Program-made: the position numbers and the translations under genes
In this document: positions 17,392 to 28,500 of the stretch, in pieces
Position numbering within the stretch: position 1 is the first letter of the stretch
Layout of the letters: every line of letters starts with the position of its first letter
The notes under the pieces: generated by a model
What the model was told of the DNA's origin: nothing
Database searches by the model: none
The model's input: only the letters and a program-made list of their open reading frames with translations
Assembly (NCBI GenBank): GCA_025980465.1
Contig: JAICXJ010000011.1
Span: 11,056 to 75,055 of the forward strand
DNA from: Frankiales bacterium
Lineage (GTDB): Bacteria > Actinomycetota > Actinomycetes > JAFAQI01
Reading direction: 5' to 3'
DNA: 64,000 nucleotides

Positions 17392-18852
17392 TCAGCAACT
17401 CAGCACCGCACACATGACGTTCTTCGCGATCGGGGCCGCCGCGACGCCGCCGACGCCACCGTGCTCGACCAGTACTGCGACGGCGATCTTCGGAGCGCTC
17501 GCCGGAGCGAAGGCGATGAACCATGCGTGGGTCGGCGCACCGGGAACGTTCTCGGCGGTTCCGGTCTTGCCGGCGACGGTGATGCCGGGGATCGCGGCGG
17601 CGCCGCCGGTGCCGCCCGGTGAGTTCACGACGCGTTCCATCATCGAAGTCATCTCGGTGGCGACGCGCGGCGTGACTGCCCGGCTGAGCTGGCGGGGATG
17701 GCTGCGGCTGAGGACGGAGTTGTTGGGCGCCTTGGTGTCGGCGATCAGATAGGGCCGCATCACCACCCCGTTGTTGGCGATGCCCGCGGCGACCATCGCC
17801 ATCTGGAGCGGCGTCACCGCGTCGCTGTACTGACCGATCGCGGAGTCGGCAAGCAGCGGCGCGTCGCTGCTCTCGACGTACTGGCTCGCTGACACCGGCA
17901 ACGGGACCGACAGGCTTCCTCCGAAGCCGAAGGCCCGCGCCTGCCGGCTGATCGCACGGGCACCGAGGGTGTCACCGAGACCACCGAACGCGGTGTTGCA
18001 GGAGACCTTCAACGCGTCCGAGAGGGTGATCGAACCGCTGCCCGGACAGGTCTCGCCCTGGAAGTTGCGCAGGGTGTGGGTGGTGTCTTTGAACGTCAGC
18101 TGGTTCGGCGCCGGGATCGTGGAGTTCGGCGTGAACCGGCCGCTGCTCAGCGCCGTCGCAGCAGTGATGACCTTGAAGGTCGACCCAGGTGGGTAGGCCT
18201 GGTTGATCGCCCGGTTGAGCAACGGGCCGCCGCGGGTGTTGTTGAGCACCTTCCACGCCGCAACGTCCGCCTTGGTGTTGTGCGAGCTCAGCTTCGACGG
18301 GTTGTACGACGGGTACGACGCGAGCGCCAGGATCGCGCCGGTCTGCGGGTTGAGAGCGACCACGGCGCCGGCCCGGACACCCTTGTAGCTCGGGGCGTTC
18401 GACAGTGCGTTGTAGGCCGCCTGCTGAGCCGCCGGGTTGATGGTGAGGTCCACCGATCCACCCTGGGGCGTCCGGCCGGACAGTTCCTCGGCGAGGCGAT
18501 GAAAGAACAGCTGGTCACTGCTGCCGGAGAGGATCTGGTTCTCGGCCTGCTCGATGCCGGTCGAGCCGTAGACGAGCGAGTAGAACCCGGTGATCGGTGC
18601 GTAGAGCTCGCCCTGCGGATAGGTCCTCAGGTACTTCAGCTGGTCATGGGTTTTCACGGAACGGGCGACGTCCCTGCCTGCGACGACGATCGGTCCGCGC
18701 TGCCGGCTGTACTCGCCGTACAGCACGCGGACGTTGTGCGGGTTGGCACGAAGCGATGACGCCTGGCCGACTTGTACGACGTTGGAGTTGATCAGCAGTG
18801 CGGCGAACATCAGCAGTGCGGCGATCGCAACATGGCGGATCGGGCGATTCAT
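17392..18852 (-). CDS. pbpA: Penicillin-binding protein A (class B transpeptidase)
   Basis: 486 aa. N-terminal TM, then STFK (PPGSTFKV), SCN (KVSCNTAF) and KTGT (AGKTGTAE). ATGA overlap with the rodA stop. Confidence 0.92.
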   Translation of the reverse strand: MNRPIRHVAIAALLMFAALLINSNVVQVGQASSLRANPHNVRVLYGEYSRQRGPIVVAGRDVARSVKTHDQLKYLRTYPQGELYAPITGFYSLVYGSTGIEQAENQILSGSSDQLFFHRLAEELSGRTPQGGSVDLTINPAAQQAAYNALSNAPSYKGVRAGAVVALNPQTGAILALASYPSYNPSKLSSHNTKADVAAWKVLNNTRGGPLLNRAINQAYPPGSTFKVITAATALSSGRFTPNSTIPAPNQLTFKDTTHTLRNFQGETCPGSGSITLSDALKVSCNTAFGGLGDTLGARAISRQARAFGFGGSLSVPLPVSASQYVESSDAPLLADSAIGQYSDAVTPLQMAMVAAGIANNGVVMRPYLIADTKAPNNSVLSRSHPRQLSRAVTPRVATEMTSMMERVVNSPGGTGGAAAIPGITVAGKTGTAENVPGAPTHAWFIAFAPASAPKIAVAVLVEHGGVGGVAAAPIAKNVMCAVLSC

Positions 18853-20249
18853 CGTTGGATCACCATGGTGGCGTGCTCGTCGGGTGCGACCGGCCGGTCG
18901 GGCAGCGGCTGCCGCGAGGCGTCGCTGATCCGCATCAACAGGGCGAGCAGGATCCAGTTCGAGACCAGGCTCGAGCCGCCGTAGGACAGGAACGGCAGTG
19001 TCAGTCCGGTCAACGGGATCAGCCGGGTGACACCGCCGATCTGCACGAAGATCTGCAAGGCGAGACCGAAGGACAGCCCGGCGCCGAGCAGCTTGCCGAA
19101 GTCGTCACGCGTCCCGATGGCGGCGCGCAGCCCGCGCATCACCAGCAATAGATAGATGACAAGTACCGCCATCAAGCCCGCGAGGCCGAGCTCCTCGGCG
19201 ATTGTCGAGCCGATGAAGTCGGTGTTGGCGAACGGCACGAGATCGGGACGGCCCTGACCGAGCCCGGTGCCGAAGATGCCGCCGGTCGCCTGGCCGAACA
19301 GCCCCTGGGCCAGCTGGTAGCTCTGGTTGGTGATGTAACGCGGCGAGAGCGGGTGCAGCCAGATCTGCACTCGTTCGTGGACGTGCGGCACGAAGTGGGC
19401 CGCGCCGAGTGAGCCGAGGACGAACAGCACCAGGCCGATCAGCAGCCACGACCGTCGCTGCGTCGCGACGTAGAGCATGACGATGAAGATCCCGAAGAAC
19501 AGCAGGCTGGAGCCGAGATCGCTTTCCCGGGTGAGGATCAGCAGGCTGGCTCCCCAGGCAACCAGGACCGGGCCGAGGTCGCGCGCTCTGGGGAGAGTGA
19601 CGCCGAGCATTCGGCGCCCGGCGAGGGCGAGGACGTCGCGCTTGCTCACCAGGTAGCCGGCGAAGAAGACCTCGAGCGCGATCTTCGCGATCTCGCCCGG
19701 CTGGAAGGAGAACCCGCCGAACTTGATCCAGATCCGAGCGCCGTTGACCGTGCTGTGGCTGGCGGGCAGAAGGGCGGGCAGCACGAGCAGGCCGAGCCCG
19801 ACCACCATCGCGGTGTAGGTGAGCGACTGCAGGCGGCGGTGGTCGCGGATGACGGCGAGGACGGCGATGAACAGCGCGATCCCGATCACGGTCCACACCA
19901 GCTGCAACGGAGCGGCGGCCGTGCCGGCCGACTGACTGTGCGCGTGGGCGGTTTTCTGGGCAGACAGGTCGAGCCGATGGATCAGCACCAGGCCGAGTCC
20001 GTTGAGGGCGATCGCGGCCGGCAGCAGCACCGGATCGGCGTACGGCGCGAACCGGCGTACCGCGAGGTGAGCGACAAGCGACAACGCGATGAAGCCGATG
20101 GCGTCCTCGACCAGGCCGCTGGGGAACTTGTTGGAGTACGCGGCGCTCGCCGAGGTGAAGGCGACGAGGATGAGGACCGCGCTGAAACCGATCAGCGCCA
20201 GCTCGGTGCTTCGGCGCTTCTCTCCGACGGGCAGCAGGATCCCGGTCAT
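18849..20249 (-). CDS. rodA: SEDS-family peptidoglycan glycosyltransferase RodA/FtsW
   Basis: Start set at ATG 20249 (MTGILLPVGEKRRSTELALIGF...), giving 466 aa and an ATGA overlap with the pstP stop. The 580-aa track version adds an Arg/Pro-rich extension that overlaps pstP. Multi-TM FtsW/RodA/SpoVE pattern. Confidence 0.9.
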   Translation of the reverse strand: MTGILLPVGEKRRSTELALIGFSAVLILVAFTSASAAYSNKFPSGLVEDAIGFIALSLVAHLAVRRFAPYADPVLLPAAIALNGLGLVLIHRLDLSAQKTAHAHSQSAGTAAAPLQLVWTVIGIALFIAVLAVIRDHRRLQSLTYTAMVVGLGLLVLPALLPASHSTVNGARIWIKFGGFSFQPGEIAKIALEVFFAGYLVSKRDVLALAGRRMLGVTLPRARDLGPVLVAWGASLLILTRESDLGSSLLFFGIFIVMLYVATQRRSWLLIGLVLFVLGSLGAAHFVPHVHERVQIWLHPLSPRYITNQSYQLAQGLFGQATGGIFGTGLGQGRPDLVPFANTDFIGSTIAEELGLAGLMAVLVIYLLLVMRGLRAAIGTRDDFGKLLGAGLSFGLALQIFVQIGGVTRLIPLTGLTLPFLSYGGSSLVSNWILLALLMRISDASRQPLPDRPVAPDEHATMVIQR

Positions 20250-21541
20250 GGCGTGCTGGTGGCGACCGGCGACGCGCCGACGCACCAGGCCGGCGGGGGC
20301 GGCGGCGTGGGCGGCTTGCGCAGGTGGTGCTTGTGGTGCCGGGCGGGTGTGGTGACCGGGGAGGGGGTTGGTGTGGGGCAGGCGTCGGTGCGCAGGCTCG
20401 ACACGACGCTGCGCGCGTTGGAGAGGTTGCTCGCGCCGATGCCGTTCGCGAGCCGGTCGCGGTCGTCCTGCGGCAGCGCGGTTGCAGGCACGTTGGTCAG
20501 CTCCTTGACGTGGGAGAGCTTGACGCCGGCCGCCTTGCCGTGGACGCCCTGGTAGATCGCCACCCGGCCGCCGGAGTTTGCGACGTACCACTGGTGGTGG
20601 ATGTAGATCGCGGTCGCGGCGATCGCAGCGCCGATCAAGACGATGACGATCGCGGTGACCACGATCAGTGGTCGGGCGATGCTGCGAGACCGGCTCTCCC
20701 GCTCGATCGCATGCCGCTTAGGCGGCGCGTCCGATGCCGCCTCGTCGCGGGCCGGCTCGCCGGTCGGCGGTACCCGCGGTGCGGCTGTCGCCGCCCCTCC
20801 CAGCAGCGGCGACTGGCTCGCCTCGGTGCCCTCGACCGGGTCACCGACCACGCATGTGACGTTGTCGGGTGCGCCGGCGCGCAGCGCCAGATCCACCAGC
20901 CGCTCGCAGGCCTGCTGCGGGTCGTCGCCACCGAGCGCCTCCGCAATGGCGCCGGTGTCGACGTAGTCCGACAGGCCGTCGCTGCAGAGCAGATAGCGAT
21001 CGCCAGGTGTCGTCGTGAGCACCTCGACTTCGGGATCGGGCTCGGTCCGACCGTCGAGGGCCTGCAGGATCCAGCTGCGACGGGGATGGGTCAGGGCTTG
21101 TTCAGGCGTGATCTGTCCCTCGTCGACGAGCGACTGCACCAGCGTCTGGTCCCGGGTGATCTGGGTGAGCTCGCCGTCCCGCAACAGATAGGCGCGGGAG
21201 TCGCCGAGCTGAGCCAGCGCGAGAGTGTCACCGGACCACAACATCGCGGTGAGCGTCGTGCCCATGCCATTGAGGCTCGGGTCCTGATCTATTGCAGTCC
21301 GCATCTCGTCATTGGCGCGTTGCGTCGCGTCTCGCAGGGCGGCGATCGGGTCGGTGATGCCGTCGTCGGTGTCCAGCGGCGCGAGGGCGGTGATCGCGAT
21401 GTTGCTCGCGATCTCGCCGGCGACTGAGCCGCCGACGCCGTCTGCGACGACGAGCAGCCGGGTCCCGGCATAGGAGGCATCCTCGTTGCCGTCGCGCACC
21501 AGCCCGACGTCACTGCGGGCGCCGTACCGCCAGCCCGTCAC
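20246..21541 (-). CDS. pstP: PP2C-family Ser/Thr phosphatase PstP
   Basis: 431 aa, GTG start. Motifs RSDVGLVRDGNEDA, VADGVGG and LLCSDGLSD. A TM helix and an extracytoplasmic C-terminal region with a Pro-rich end. GTGA overlap with the fhaB stop. Confidence 0.92.
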   Translation of the reverse strand: MTGWRYGARSDVGLVRDGNEDASYAGTRLLVVADGVGGSVAGEIASNIAITALAPLDTDDGITDPIAALRDATQRANDEMRTAIDQDPSLNGMGTTLTAMLWSGDTLALAQLGDSRAYLLRDGELTQITRDQTLVQSLVDEGQITPEQALTHPRRSWILQALDGRTEPDPEVEVLTTTPGDRYLLCSDGLSDYVDTGAIAEALGGDDPQQACERLVDLALRAGAPDNVTCVVGDPVEGTEASQSPLLGGAATAAPRVPPTGEPARDEAASDAPPKRHAIERESRSRSIARPLIVVTAIVIVLIGAAIAATAIYIHHQWYVANSGGRVAIYQGVHGKAAGVKLSHVKELTNVPATALPQDDRDRLANGIGASNLSNARSVVSSLRTDACPTPTPSPVTTPARHHKHHLRKPPTPPPPPAWCVGASPVATSTP

Positions 21542-22023
21542 TGAATCTCCAGGGTCGAGCGGCCGATCGTGATCCGGGTCCCGACCTTCACGGCGACGGG
21601 TGCGGTGACCTTCGAGTTCCCGATCAGGGTGCCGTTGGTCGAGCCGACGTCTTCGAGTAGCCAGGCGTCGCCGTTCGGGACCAGCCGGGCGTGCTTGCTC
21701 GACGCGAAGTCATCGTCGAGCACGATCGTCGAGTCGGTTGCCCGCCCTATCGTCACGGGCAGCGAGGACAGCGCGACCGACACGCCCTGGCCCGGTCCCT
21801 CGATCACCGTCACCCGGCTTGGCGCGGCGCGGGATGCGCGCGGCGGCTTGGCCGGTTTCGGTGCTGGGGCGGGTCGTGGTGCCGGGGCCGGCCGCGGCGA
21901 CCGAACCTTGCGCGGTTTGGTGCCGAAGATGTCGTGGCGGACTGCGACGACTGCGGCCACCACGAAGCCCCACAGCAGGATCAGTACGACCGCTCGGAGC
22001 AGGAAGACAACTGCAACCGGCAT
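21538..22023 (-). CDS. fhaB: FHA-domain protein FhaB/FipA
   Basis: 161 aa. N-terminal TM, a Pro/Ala/Lys linker, and a C-terminal FHA domain (VTIGRATDSTIVLDDDFASSKHARL...GSTNGT). Confidence 0.9.
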   Translation of the reverse strand: MPVAVVFLLRAVVLILLWGFVVAAVVAVRHDIFGTKPRKVRSPRPAPAPRPAPAPKPAKPPRASRAAPSRVTVIEGPGQGVSVALSSLPVTIGRATDSTIVLDDDFASSKHARLVPNGDAWLLEDVGSTNGTLIGNSKVTAPVAVKVGTRITIGRSTLEIQ

Positions 22024-22047
22024 CAGTGCCTAGCCAATCGCCGGCTC

Positions 22048-22809
22048 CTAGTCCTCATCACGACGGAAGATCAGACTCGTGGATGCGACGTCGATGCGGT
22101 CGCCGTCTGCGAGCTCGACCCGGTCGGAGGCCTTGCCGTTGACCATCACGCCGTTCGTCGATCCGAGGTCGACGATGCCCACCTTGCCATCGACGTACCG
22201 GATCTCGGCGTGTCGACGAGAGACCCCGGGGTCGTCGAGGCGAAGGTCGCATTCTGCTGCCCGGCCGATCACCGTGACCGGATGGGTGAGGAAGTACGCC
22301 GACTCGTCGTGGCCGGCGGCCACGATCAGCCGTGGCCGGTGCGGGTAGGCGCCGGCTGGGGCAGGTCGCGGCGAGCCGCTCCCGACCGCTACGCCGGCGG
22401 GCTGGGACGGCGGCTTCGGCGGTGGTGGTGGTTCGTCGCTTGCGGCCACGCTGCTGCGGATCCGGAACACCCCGGTGCCGATCGCGGGCTGGAGCTCGAA
22501 GTCCACCTGCACCGGACCGACGAACGAATAGCCGACCTCGGCAGCGTGCTCGCGCACCATCGTCGCGAGCTCGTCGCCGAGCGGTTCGGCCCACTCTTCG
22601 AGCCGGTTGTAGTCGTGCTGACCGAGTTCCACGACGTAGTCGTTGGGGGCGATAACGCGGCCGCGTGCCACGACGTTCTTCTTGTCATCCGCCTCACGCT
22701 GCAGTGCCTGCGCGATCTCGGCAGGCTGAACGTCACCTTTGAACACCCGCGCGAAAGCGCCTTCGACCAGCCCGCCGAGGCGCCGCTCGAACGACTGCAG
22801 GACTCCCAC
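22048..22809 (-). CDS. fhaA: FHA-domain protein FhaA (DUF3662-type N-terminus)
   Basis: N-terminus VGVLQSFERRLGGLVEGAFARVFKG and a C-terminal FHA domain (VTVIGRAAECDLRLDDPGVSRRHAEI...GSTNGV). Start set at GTG 22809, preceded by GGAAGGA. The track start at 22911 remains possible. Confidence 0.88.
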   Translation of the reverse strand: MGVLQSFERRLGGLVEGAFARVFKGDVQPAEIAQALQREADDKKNVVARGRVIAPNDYVVELGQHDYNRLEEWAEPLGDELATMVREHAAEVGYSFVGPVQVDFELQPAIGTGVFRIRSSVAASDEPPPPPKPPSQPAGVAVGSGSPRPAPAGAYPHRPRLIVAAGHDESAYFLTHPVTVIGRAAECDLRLDDPGVSRRHAEIRYVDGKVGIVDLGSTNGVMVNGKASDRVELADGDRIDVASTSLIFRRDED

Positions 22810-22947
22810 AGCGGTTTCCTTCCCGGCCTGCCCGCGATGATCACCCGCCGGATCCGACGAGGTCGTCACGGGGTCGGCGTAGCGCCCTGAGGCCTGATCG
22901 TATCGGGGCAAGTTGGGAAACCCTGCGTGCTAGCGTGGCGTCCCCTC

Positions 22948-23030
22948 GGGCGAGTGGCGGAATGGCAGACGCGCACGGTTCAGGTCCGTGTGTCCGTAAG
23001 GACGTGGGGGTTCAACTCCCCCCTCGCCCA
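22948..23030 (+). tRNA. leuT: tRNA-Leu (anticodon CAG)
   Basis: Cloverleaf folded by hand. Acceptor stem GGGCGAG/CTCGCCC plus A. Anticodon stem CACGG/CCGTG with loop TTCAGGT. Long variable arm GTCC-GTAA-GGAC. T-arm GGGGG-TTCAACT-CCCCC. Confidence 0.93.
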
Positions 23031-23053
23031 CTGCTCGCAATCGACTCAGCACA

Positions 23054-23614
23054 GTGGCCTCCCAGCCGCCTCCCGATGCCATAATCCGGCGTGTGACGGC
23101 GGCTCTCGATGAGGCGGACCGGGCGGATCTTCTCGCCGCGCTCGAATACCAGCGAGCCTCGGTGCACGCGATTGTCGAAGGCCTGTCGGAGCGGGCCTGG
23201 CACACCTCGGTCGTGCCCTCGGGCTGGACTCCGGCCGGCATGGTTGCGCATCTCGGCGGCGCCGAGCGACATTGGACCTGCGGCGTGATCCTGGCCGACG
23301 ACCCAGGGCACCCGTTCGACGCGGAATCCGATGAGGACGAGCCCTACGACCCGACCGCGCCGTTCGTCATCGACTGGCCCTCGCCGAAGGTCCTGACCTA
23401 CTACCGGGATCAGGCTCGGCAGACTGACGAGATGCTCGCCGTGACGGCCCTGGACTCGGCGCCGCGAGGGTTTCACCGGAGTCCAGACGCCGAGCAGCCG
23501 CGCACCGTGCGCGAGATCGTCCTGCACCTCATCGAGGAGACGGCCGCCCACTCCGGTCATCTCGAAATCGCCCGGGAGCTACTCGACGGCCGCACCGGAC
23601 TCGGTCTGCGGTAG
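23054..23614 (+). CDS. DinB/DUF664-family (mycothiol-transferase-like) protein
   Basis: 186 aa. Segments MVAHLGGAERHW and REIVLHLIEETAAHSGHLEIARELLDG fit the DinB four-helix-bundle His pattern. The start is uncertain and could be an internal GTG. Confidence 0.65.
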   Translation: MASQPPPDAIIRRVTAALDEADRADLLAALEYQRASVHAIVEGLSERAWHTSVVPSGWTPAGMVAHLGGAERHWTCGVILADDPGHPFDAESDEDEPYDPTAPFVIDWPSPKVLTYYRDQARQTDEMLAVTALDSAPRGFHRSPDAEQPRTVREIVLHLIEETAAHSGHLEIARELLDGRTGLGLR

Positions 23615-23698
23615 GAGTCGTTTCGCAACTTGTCCGCATCACCGGGTGCGATAGCACCTGTTGGCGCTGACAACTGTGACCTGCGAAAGTCCAATCAG

Positions 23699-24637
23699 AT
23701 GATTCACACCGAGCAGCTGACCAAGGTCTATCCAGGGACCGACTTCGCTGCCGTCGACTGCCTTGATCTCGAGGTGGGGACCGGCGAGATCTTCGGGCTT
23801 CTCGGACCGAACGGCGCCGGCAAGACCACGACCGCCGGGATGCTCACCACCCGGGTGATTCCCACCTCAGGTCGGGCGTTGGTCGGTGGCGTCGACGTGG
23901 CGGCCCAGCCTGCGCTGGCCAAGCAGGTCAGTGGGATCGTCTCCCAGCAGAACACCCTGGATCGCCAGCTCAACGTCTGGGAGAACCTGTACTTCCATGG
24001 CCGGCTGTTCGGGATGGGGGCGACCACGTCCCGTCGGATCGCCGACGAGCTGCTCGAGCAGTTCCAACTGGAGAAGTGGGCGCAGGCGTCGGTGTATGCA
24101 CTGTCAGGGGGGATGGCACAGCGGCTGATGGTGGCGCGGGCGATCTTCCACCGACCAGCGGTGCTGTTCCTCGACGAACCGACGGCCGGCCTCGACCCGC
24201 AGAGTCGGCTCGCGCTGTGGGAGGTCCTCGGCCAGCTCAACCGTGACGGTCAAACCATCATGCTGACCACCCACTACATGGAGGAGGCCGACCGGCTCTG
24301 CCACCGGGTGGCGATCATGGATCACGGCAAGATTCTCGCGCTCGACACGCCGGCCGCTCTCAAGCGTGGCATCGGCGCCGACACCATCGTCACGGTCCGT
24401 GCCGCGGCTGACCCGGAGCAGCTGGCAGCCGTTCTTGCTCGCGACGTGGCGGGGGTGGAACGGGCCCGAGTCGCCGACGGGGCGGTTCAGCTCGACGTTA
24501 GCGGCGGGCAGCGGCTCGTTCAGCAGATCGTGCTGGCGGCAGAGCGCGCGGGCGCCGACATCCTGGACCTCTCCATCACCGAGCCGACTCTCGAGACGGT
24601 GTTCATCACCTTGACAGGTCGAGAGCTGCGCGACTGA
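23699..24637 (+). CDS. ABC transporter ATP-binding protein (DrrA-like, ABC-2 type)
   Basis: Start at ATG 23699 (MIHTEQLTKVYPG). Walker A GPNGAGKTT, signature LSGGMAQRL, Walker B LFLDEPTAGLD. The stop overlaps the permease start. Confidence 0.9.
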   Translation: MIHTEQLTKVYPGTDFAAVDCLDLEVGTGEIFGLLGPNGAGKTTTAGMLTTRVIPTSGRALVGGVDVAAQPALAKQVSGIVSQQNTLDRQLNVWENLYFHGRLFGMGATTSRRIADELLEQFQLEKWAQASVYALSGGMAQRLMVARAIFHRPAVLFLDEPTAGLDPQSRLALWEVLGQLNRDGQTIMLTTHYMEEADRLCHRVAIMDHGKILALDTPAALKRGIGADTIVTVRAAADPEQLAAVLARDVAGVERARVADGAVQLDVSGGQRLVQQIVLAAERAGADILDLSITEPTLETVFITLTGRELRD

Positions 24638-25533
24638 TGGCGGCTTCGGATGTGACCGGCGACGTCACCACCCGCGCTGTTCCGGCGCGGATCGAACTCC
24701 AGCTGCGCCCGGTGCTCACGGCGAGCTACAGCGCCCTGGGCGCGTTGCTGCTGCGGGACCTGGTGGTGCTGTGGAAGGACAAGTGGGTCTTCGTCCTGCG
24801 CACGGTCATCCAGCCGTTCTTGCTCTGCTTCGTGTTCCTCTATGTCTTCCCAAAGATCGGCCAGGGAGTCGGCGGTGGTGGGGGCCGGCGCGGCGAGTCG
24901 TCGTTCGCCACCGTCCTGGTGCCCGGCGTCGTCGGGATCTCGATCATGTTCCAAGGGGTGCAGTCGATCGCGCTCAACATGGCCCAGGAGTTCGGCTTCA
25001 CCAGAGAGATCGAGGACCGGGTACAGGCGCCCTGCCCGATCTGGCTGGTCGCGATGGCCAAGGTCCTGTCGGGCGCCGCGCAAGGCGCGCTGTCAGCTGT
25101 CCTCGTGTTGCCGATCGCTGCCGTCGTTCACGCGGCCGGAGTCCATGCACATCTGGACCTGCGGTGGTGGATCATCCTCACGCTCGTGCCACTCGCCTGC
25201 ATTGCTATGGCGGGGCTCGGCCTGGTCCTCGGCACTAGCTTCGAGCCGCGCAACATCGGTCTGATGTTCGGCTTCATCATCCTGCCAATCACATTCCTTG
25301 GCGGGACCTACTACGGCTGGACGACGCTCTCGCCGGTGCGGATCGGCGGGTTCCACTGGCTTCAGGTGCTGGTGCTGATCAACCCGCTGATGTACGTCAA
25401 CGAGGGCATGCGCGCCGCATTCACGTCGTCCCCTCACATGCATCTGTACGTGATCTATCCGGTGATGGCGGCCTTCGCGACGACGTTCCTCGCCATCGGC
25501 TTGCGCAACTTCCGCCGCCGCGTCCTCGCCTAG
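24637..25533 (+). CDS. ABC-2 type transporter permease
   Basis: 298 aa with about six hydrophobic segments. Coupled to the upstream ATPase through a TGATG overlap. Confidence 0.8.
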   Translation: MAASDVTGDVTTRAVPARIELQLRPVLTASYSALGALLLRDLVVLWKDKWVFVLRTVIQPFLLCFVFLYVFPKIGQGVGGGGGRRGESSFATVLVPGVVGISIMFQGVQSIALNMAQEFGFTREIEDRVQAPCPIWLVAMAKVLSGAAQGALSAVLVLPIAAVVHAAGVHAHLDLRWWIILTLVPLACIAMAGLGLVLGTSFEPRNIGLMFGFIILPITFLGGTYYGWTTLSPVRIGGFHWLQVLVLINPLMYVNEGMRAAFTSSPHMHLYVIYPVMAAFATTFLAIGLRNFRRRVLA

Positions 25534-28500
25534 CCGAGCGCGATCCGTTCCAACAACGGGTAGCCGCGTTCCTGTGCGGTGAGGAGTCCCTGTTCGACAA
25601 GATGACTCCCCTTCTTCGCGTCAGCACGGCCGGTACGACGCATCAGCCATTGCCCGTAGTAGATCTGAGTGCGCGCCAAGAAGTAGGCCGCGCCGACTCG
25701 CTCGTACGTCGCAATTGCCTCAGTGAAGTGTTCATCGGCGACCGCCAGACCTTGCACGGCTGCGAGTCTCGCGAGTGCCTCGCTGACCGATCCCCACGAC
25801 TGCACGCCGTCGTAATCGAAGCGGTCGGCGAAGGGCAGGAGCCGAGGGTAGAGCGCTGAGGCTGAGTCCTGGAGGCCCAGTTCCGCAACGACCTCTGCGC
25901 AGAGGATTTCAGACCCGAGTCGAAGCAGGTCGTTGCGGAAACGCACCTCGCGCCCGTCAATGAGCTGACGGAGCGCCGCCAGTGCCTCGTCGTGGCGGCC
26001 GAGGGTGCACAGAATCCGGGCCAGGCAAGCGGTGATCGATTGGACGTGAGGGCTTTCGCGTGCGGACTCGACCATGACCTCGACGAGTCCCTCGCCGTCG
26101 CCCTGCAGCATCTTGAGTTGTCCGAACTGGGCGAGGTAGTACAGCGCTATGTCAGGCTGCCCAGTCTCCTCCCCGATCCGGTGAGCAGCGGCCGCGGCCG
26201 CGTATGCTCCGGCGAGGTCGCCGATCATCGTGAGGTACGTCGCCTCGGAATGGCCGCGAATCCAGCGCAGCATCGGCTGCCCGATTCGCTCAGGGACGTC
26301 GTCGTGCAATGCGTGCGCGGCCTCGATTTCACCGGTTTGGTACAGGGTGTAGGCCTTGAAGTTCGTGGCCCAGAACTGCAGCACGAGGTCGCCGCATTCC
26401 CGAGCGGCACTGAGCGCCTCGTCGATCAAGGTCATTCGGTCGACGAGCGTCTCGGGCACGTCGATCGCCAGGTAGCCGGTCGTGATCACCGACGCGAGCG
26501 TTCGCGGGTCTCCTGATCGGCGTGCGATGTCGACCGCGGTGGCGACCCGGGCATCTTGCTCGTCCAGGTCGGCAGCGAGCGAGTTCTCGGCAGCAAGGAG
26601 CGCAAGCAGTCGTGCCCGCTCCGGAGCCTCGGTCTCGCCGACCGCTCGGAGTGCAGCTTCGATGACGTCGACGCGTTCGCGATCGACGGCCGTGGCCACG
26701 CTGCTCATGAAGCCACGGTTATTGAGCAACGCAGCGCGCACTAGCAACTCGGTAGCGCCAATCTGTTCCGCGCGGTTCGCGGCCTCGAGCAGCGTTGCGC
26801 GATACGCCGGAAGCCCCAACTGGCGCTGCGCCTCGCCGAGCCCGATCAGCACCCTGGTCGTCAGTCGTTCGTCGGGCGCCGACCCGCAAGCAGCAAGCGA
26901 CTCCTCGGCCTGCGTGAACCACCGCAGGCCTTCGTCAGGCGCCAGTCGATTGAGGGCGCGTTCGCCCGCGAGTACGGCGTACTCCACGGCTTTCGCCGCG
27001 TCAGCGGGCGCTGTTGCCTTGGCCCAATGATTGGCGAGCTCGCCGACCCGCTCGTGACGTTGCGCCTCGTCGGCTTCGATGAGTTCGGCGATGCGACGGT
27101 GCAGGCGCGCACGTCGGGTTGGGCTGAGCGAGTCGTAGAGGGAGTGCTCGACGAGCGCGTGCGCGAATCGGTACTGCTCCGGTCCCAGCTCAGTGAGCAG
27201 CCGCGCCTCACACGCGGTCTCGATGACGCCGAGCACGGCGTCCTCCTCAGCCGAGGTGACCGCGGTGAGGGTGGCGAGGTCGAACTCCGGCCCGATTACG
27301 GCGGCGACGGCCAGGATCTCGGCCGGCTCAGACCCCAGCCGGTTCACGCGGCGCCCGATAACCTCTTGAACACTGACCGGGAGCCCCGAGGTGCGCAGGT
27401 CGACGGATGCGACCCAGCGGTCGTCCTGTTGGTAGATCGCCTGCGTTTCGACCAGGTGCCGCAGCAGCTCGGTGACGAAGAACGGGTTGCCGTCGGTCTC
27501 GGCGAGCAACGCGTCGCGAAGCGACAGGCCGTCGGCGTCCATGTCCTGACCAGCCGCTGTCTCCATCAGCGCCAGCAGCTCGCTGTCGTCGAGGCCTCGC
27601 AACGACAGCCGGGTGATGCCATTCTGCCGGTGTAGCCAGGCCAGCAGGTCGGCCAGCGGATGTCCGGAGCTGACTTCGGATTCGCGGAAGGTCGCCACCA
27701 CCATCAGCGACAGCGGCTCGTCACCGCTGATCAGGTGGCGCAACAGCGCAAGACTCGGCCCGTCGGCCCACTGGATGTCATCGAGCAGGACCACGAGTGG
27801 CGCCAGTGAGGCGGCCGATGCCAGCACCTCCCGCACCGCCTCGTACAGCACGTACCGGGCGGCCTCGGCGTCCTCGTCACGCGCCACCGGCGCTACGGAA
27901 TCGAGCTGCGGAAGGATTCGGGATAGCGAGGTCTGGTGTCTCGCCAGCACCGGTCCCAGCGCCGCAGGCGCATGGTCGATGAGGTGCCGGAGCACCTCTA
28001 CCCAGGGTTGATACGGCAGCCCAAGGTCTTCGTCGGCACGCCCGAACAGCACTATTGCGCCCTGCGCGTAGGCCTGTCGCGCGAAGGCGCAGGAGGTCGT
28101 CGTCTTGCCGATGCCGGGCTCGCCTCCCAGCATCGCGACCCGCCGGCTGCCTTCAGCCGCGTGCTTGAACGCCGCGGTGAGCTCGTCGAACTCGCGCGCG
28201 CGCCCGATGACGCCGGAATCCGGTGCGAGCTGGCAGCGAGCCGGTAGCGGGACGGCGATCTCGGCACTGACCACCGCCGCAGGCGCCCAGACGACCTCGA
28301 CGACATCTACCGGCTCGGGGAGCCCCTTCAACTCGCGGCGGCCAACCGGTTGAAGCTGTTGCGTCGTGCGCCGCCCCGCGGTCAGCTCCACCAGCCGGGT
28401 GGTGAGGATCTGACCGCCCGCCGCGACGGCGCACAGCCGGGACGCCTCGACCACCGGATCGCCGAAGTAGTCGCTGTCGTCCTCGACGACCTCGCCTAAC

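Noticed and set aside
18849-20591. The 580-aa version of rodA with a 114-aa N-terminal extension.
   Set aside because: The extension is Arg/Pro/Ala-rich and lies entirely inside the pstP coding region. An internal ATG at 20249 gives the classic ATGA coupling and a normal-length SEDS protein.
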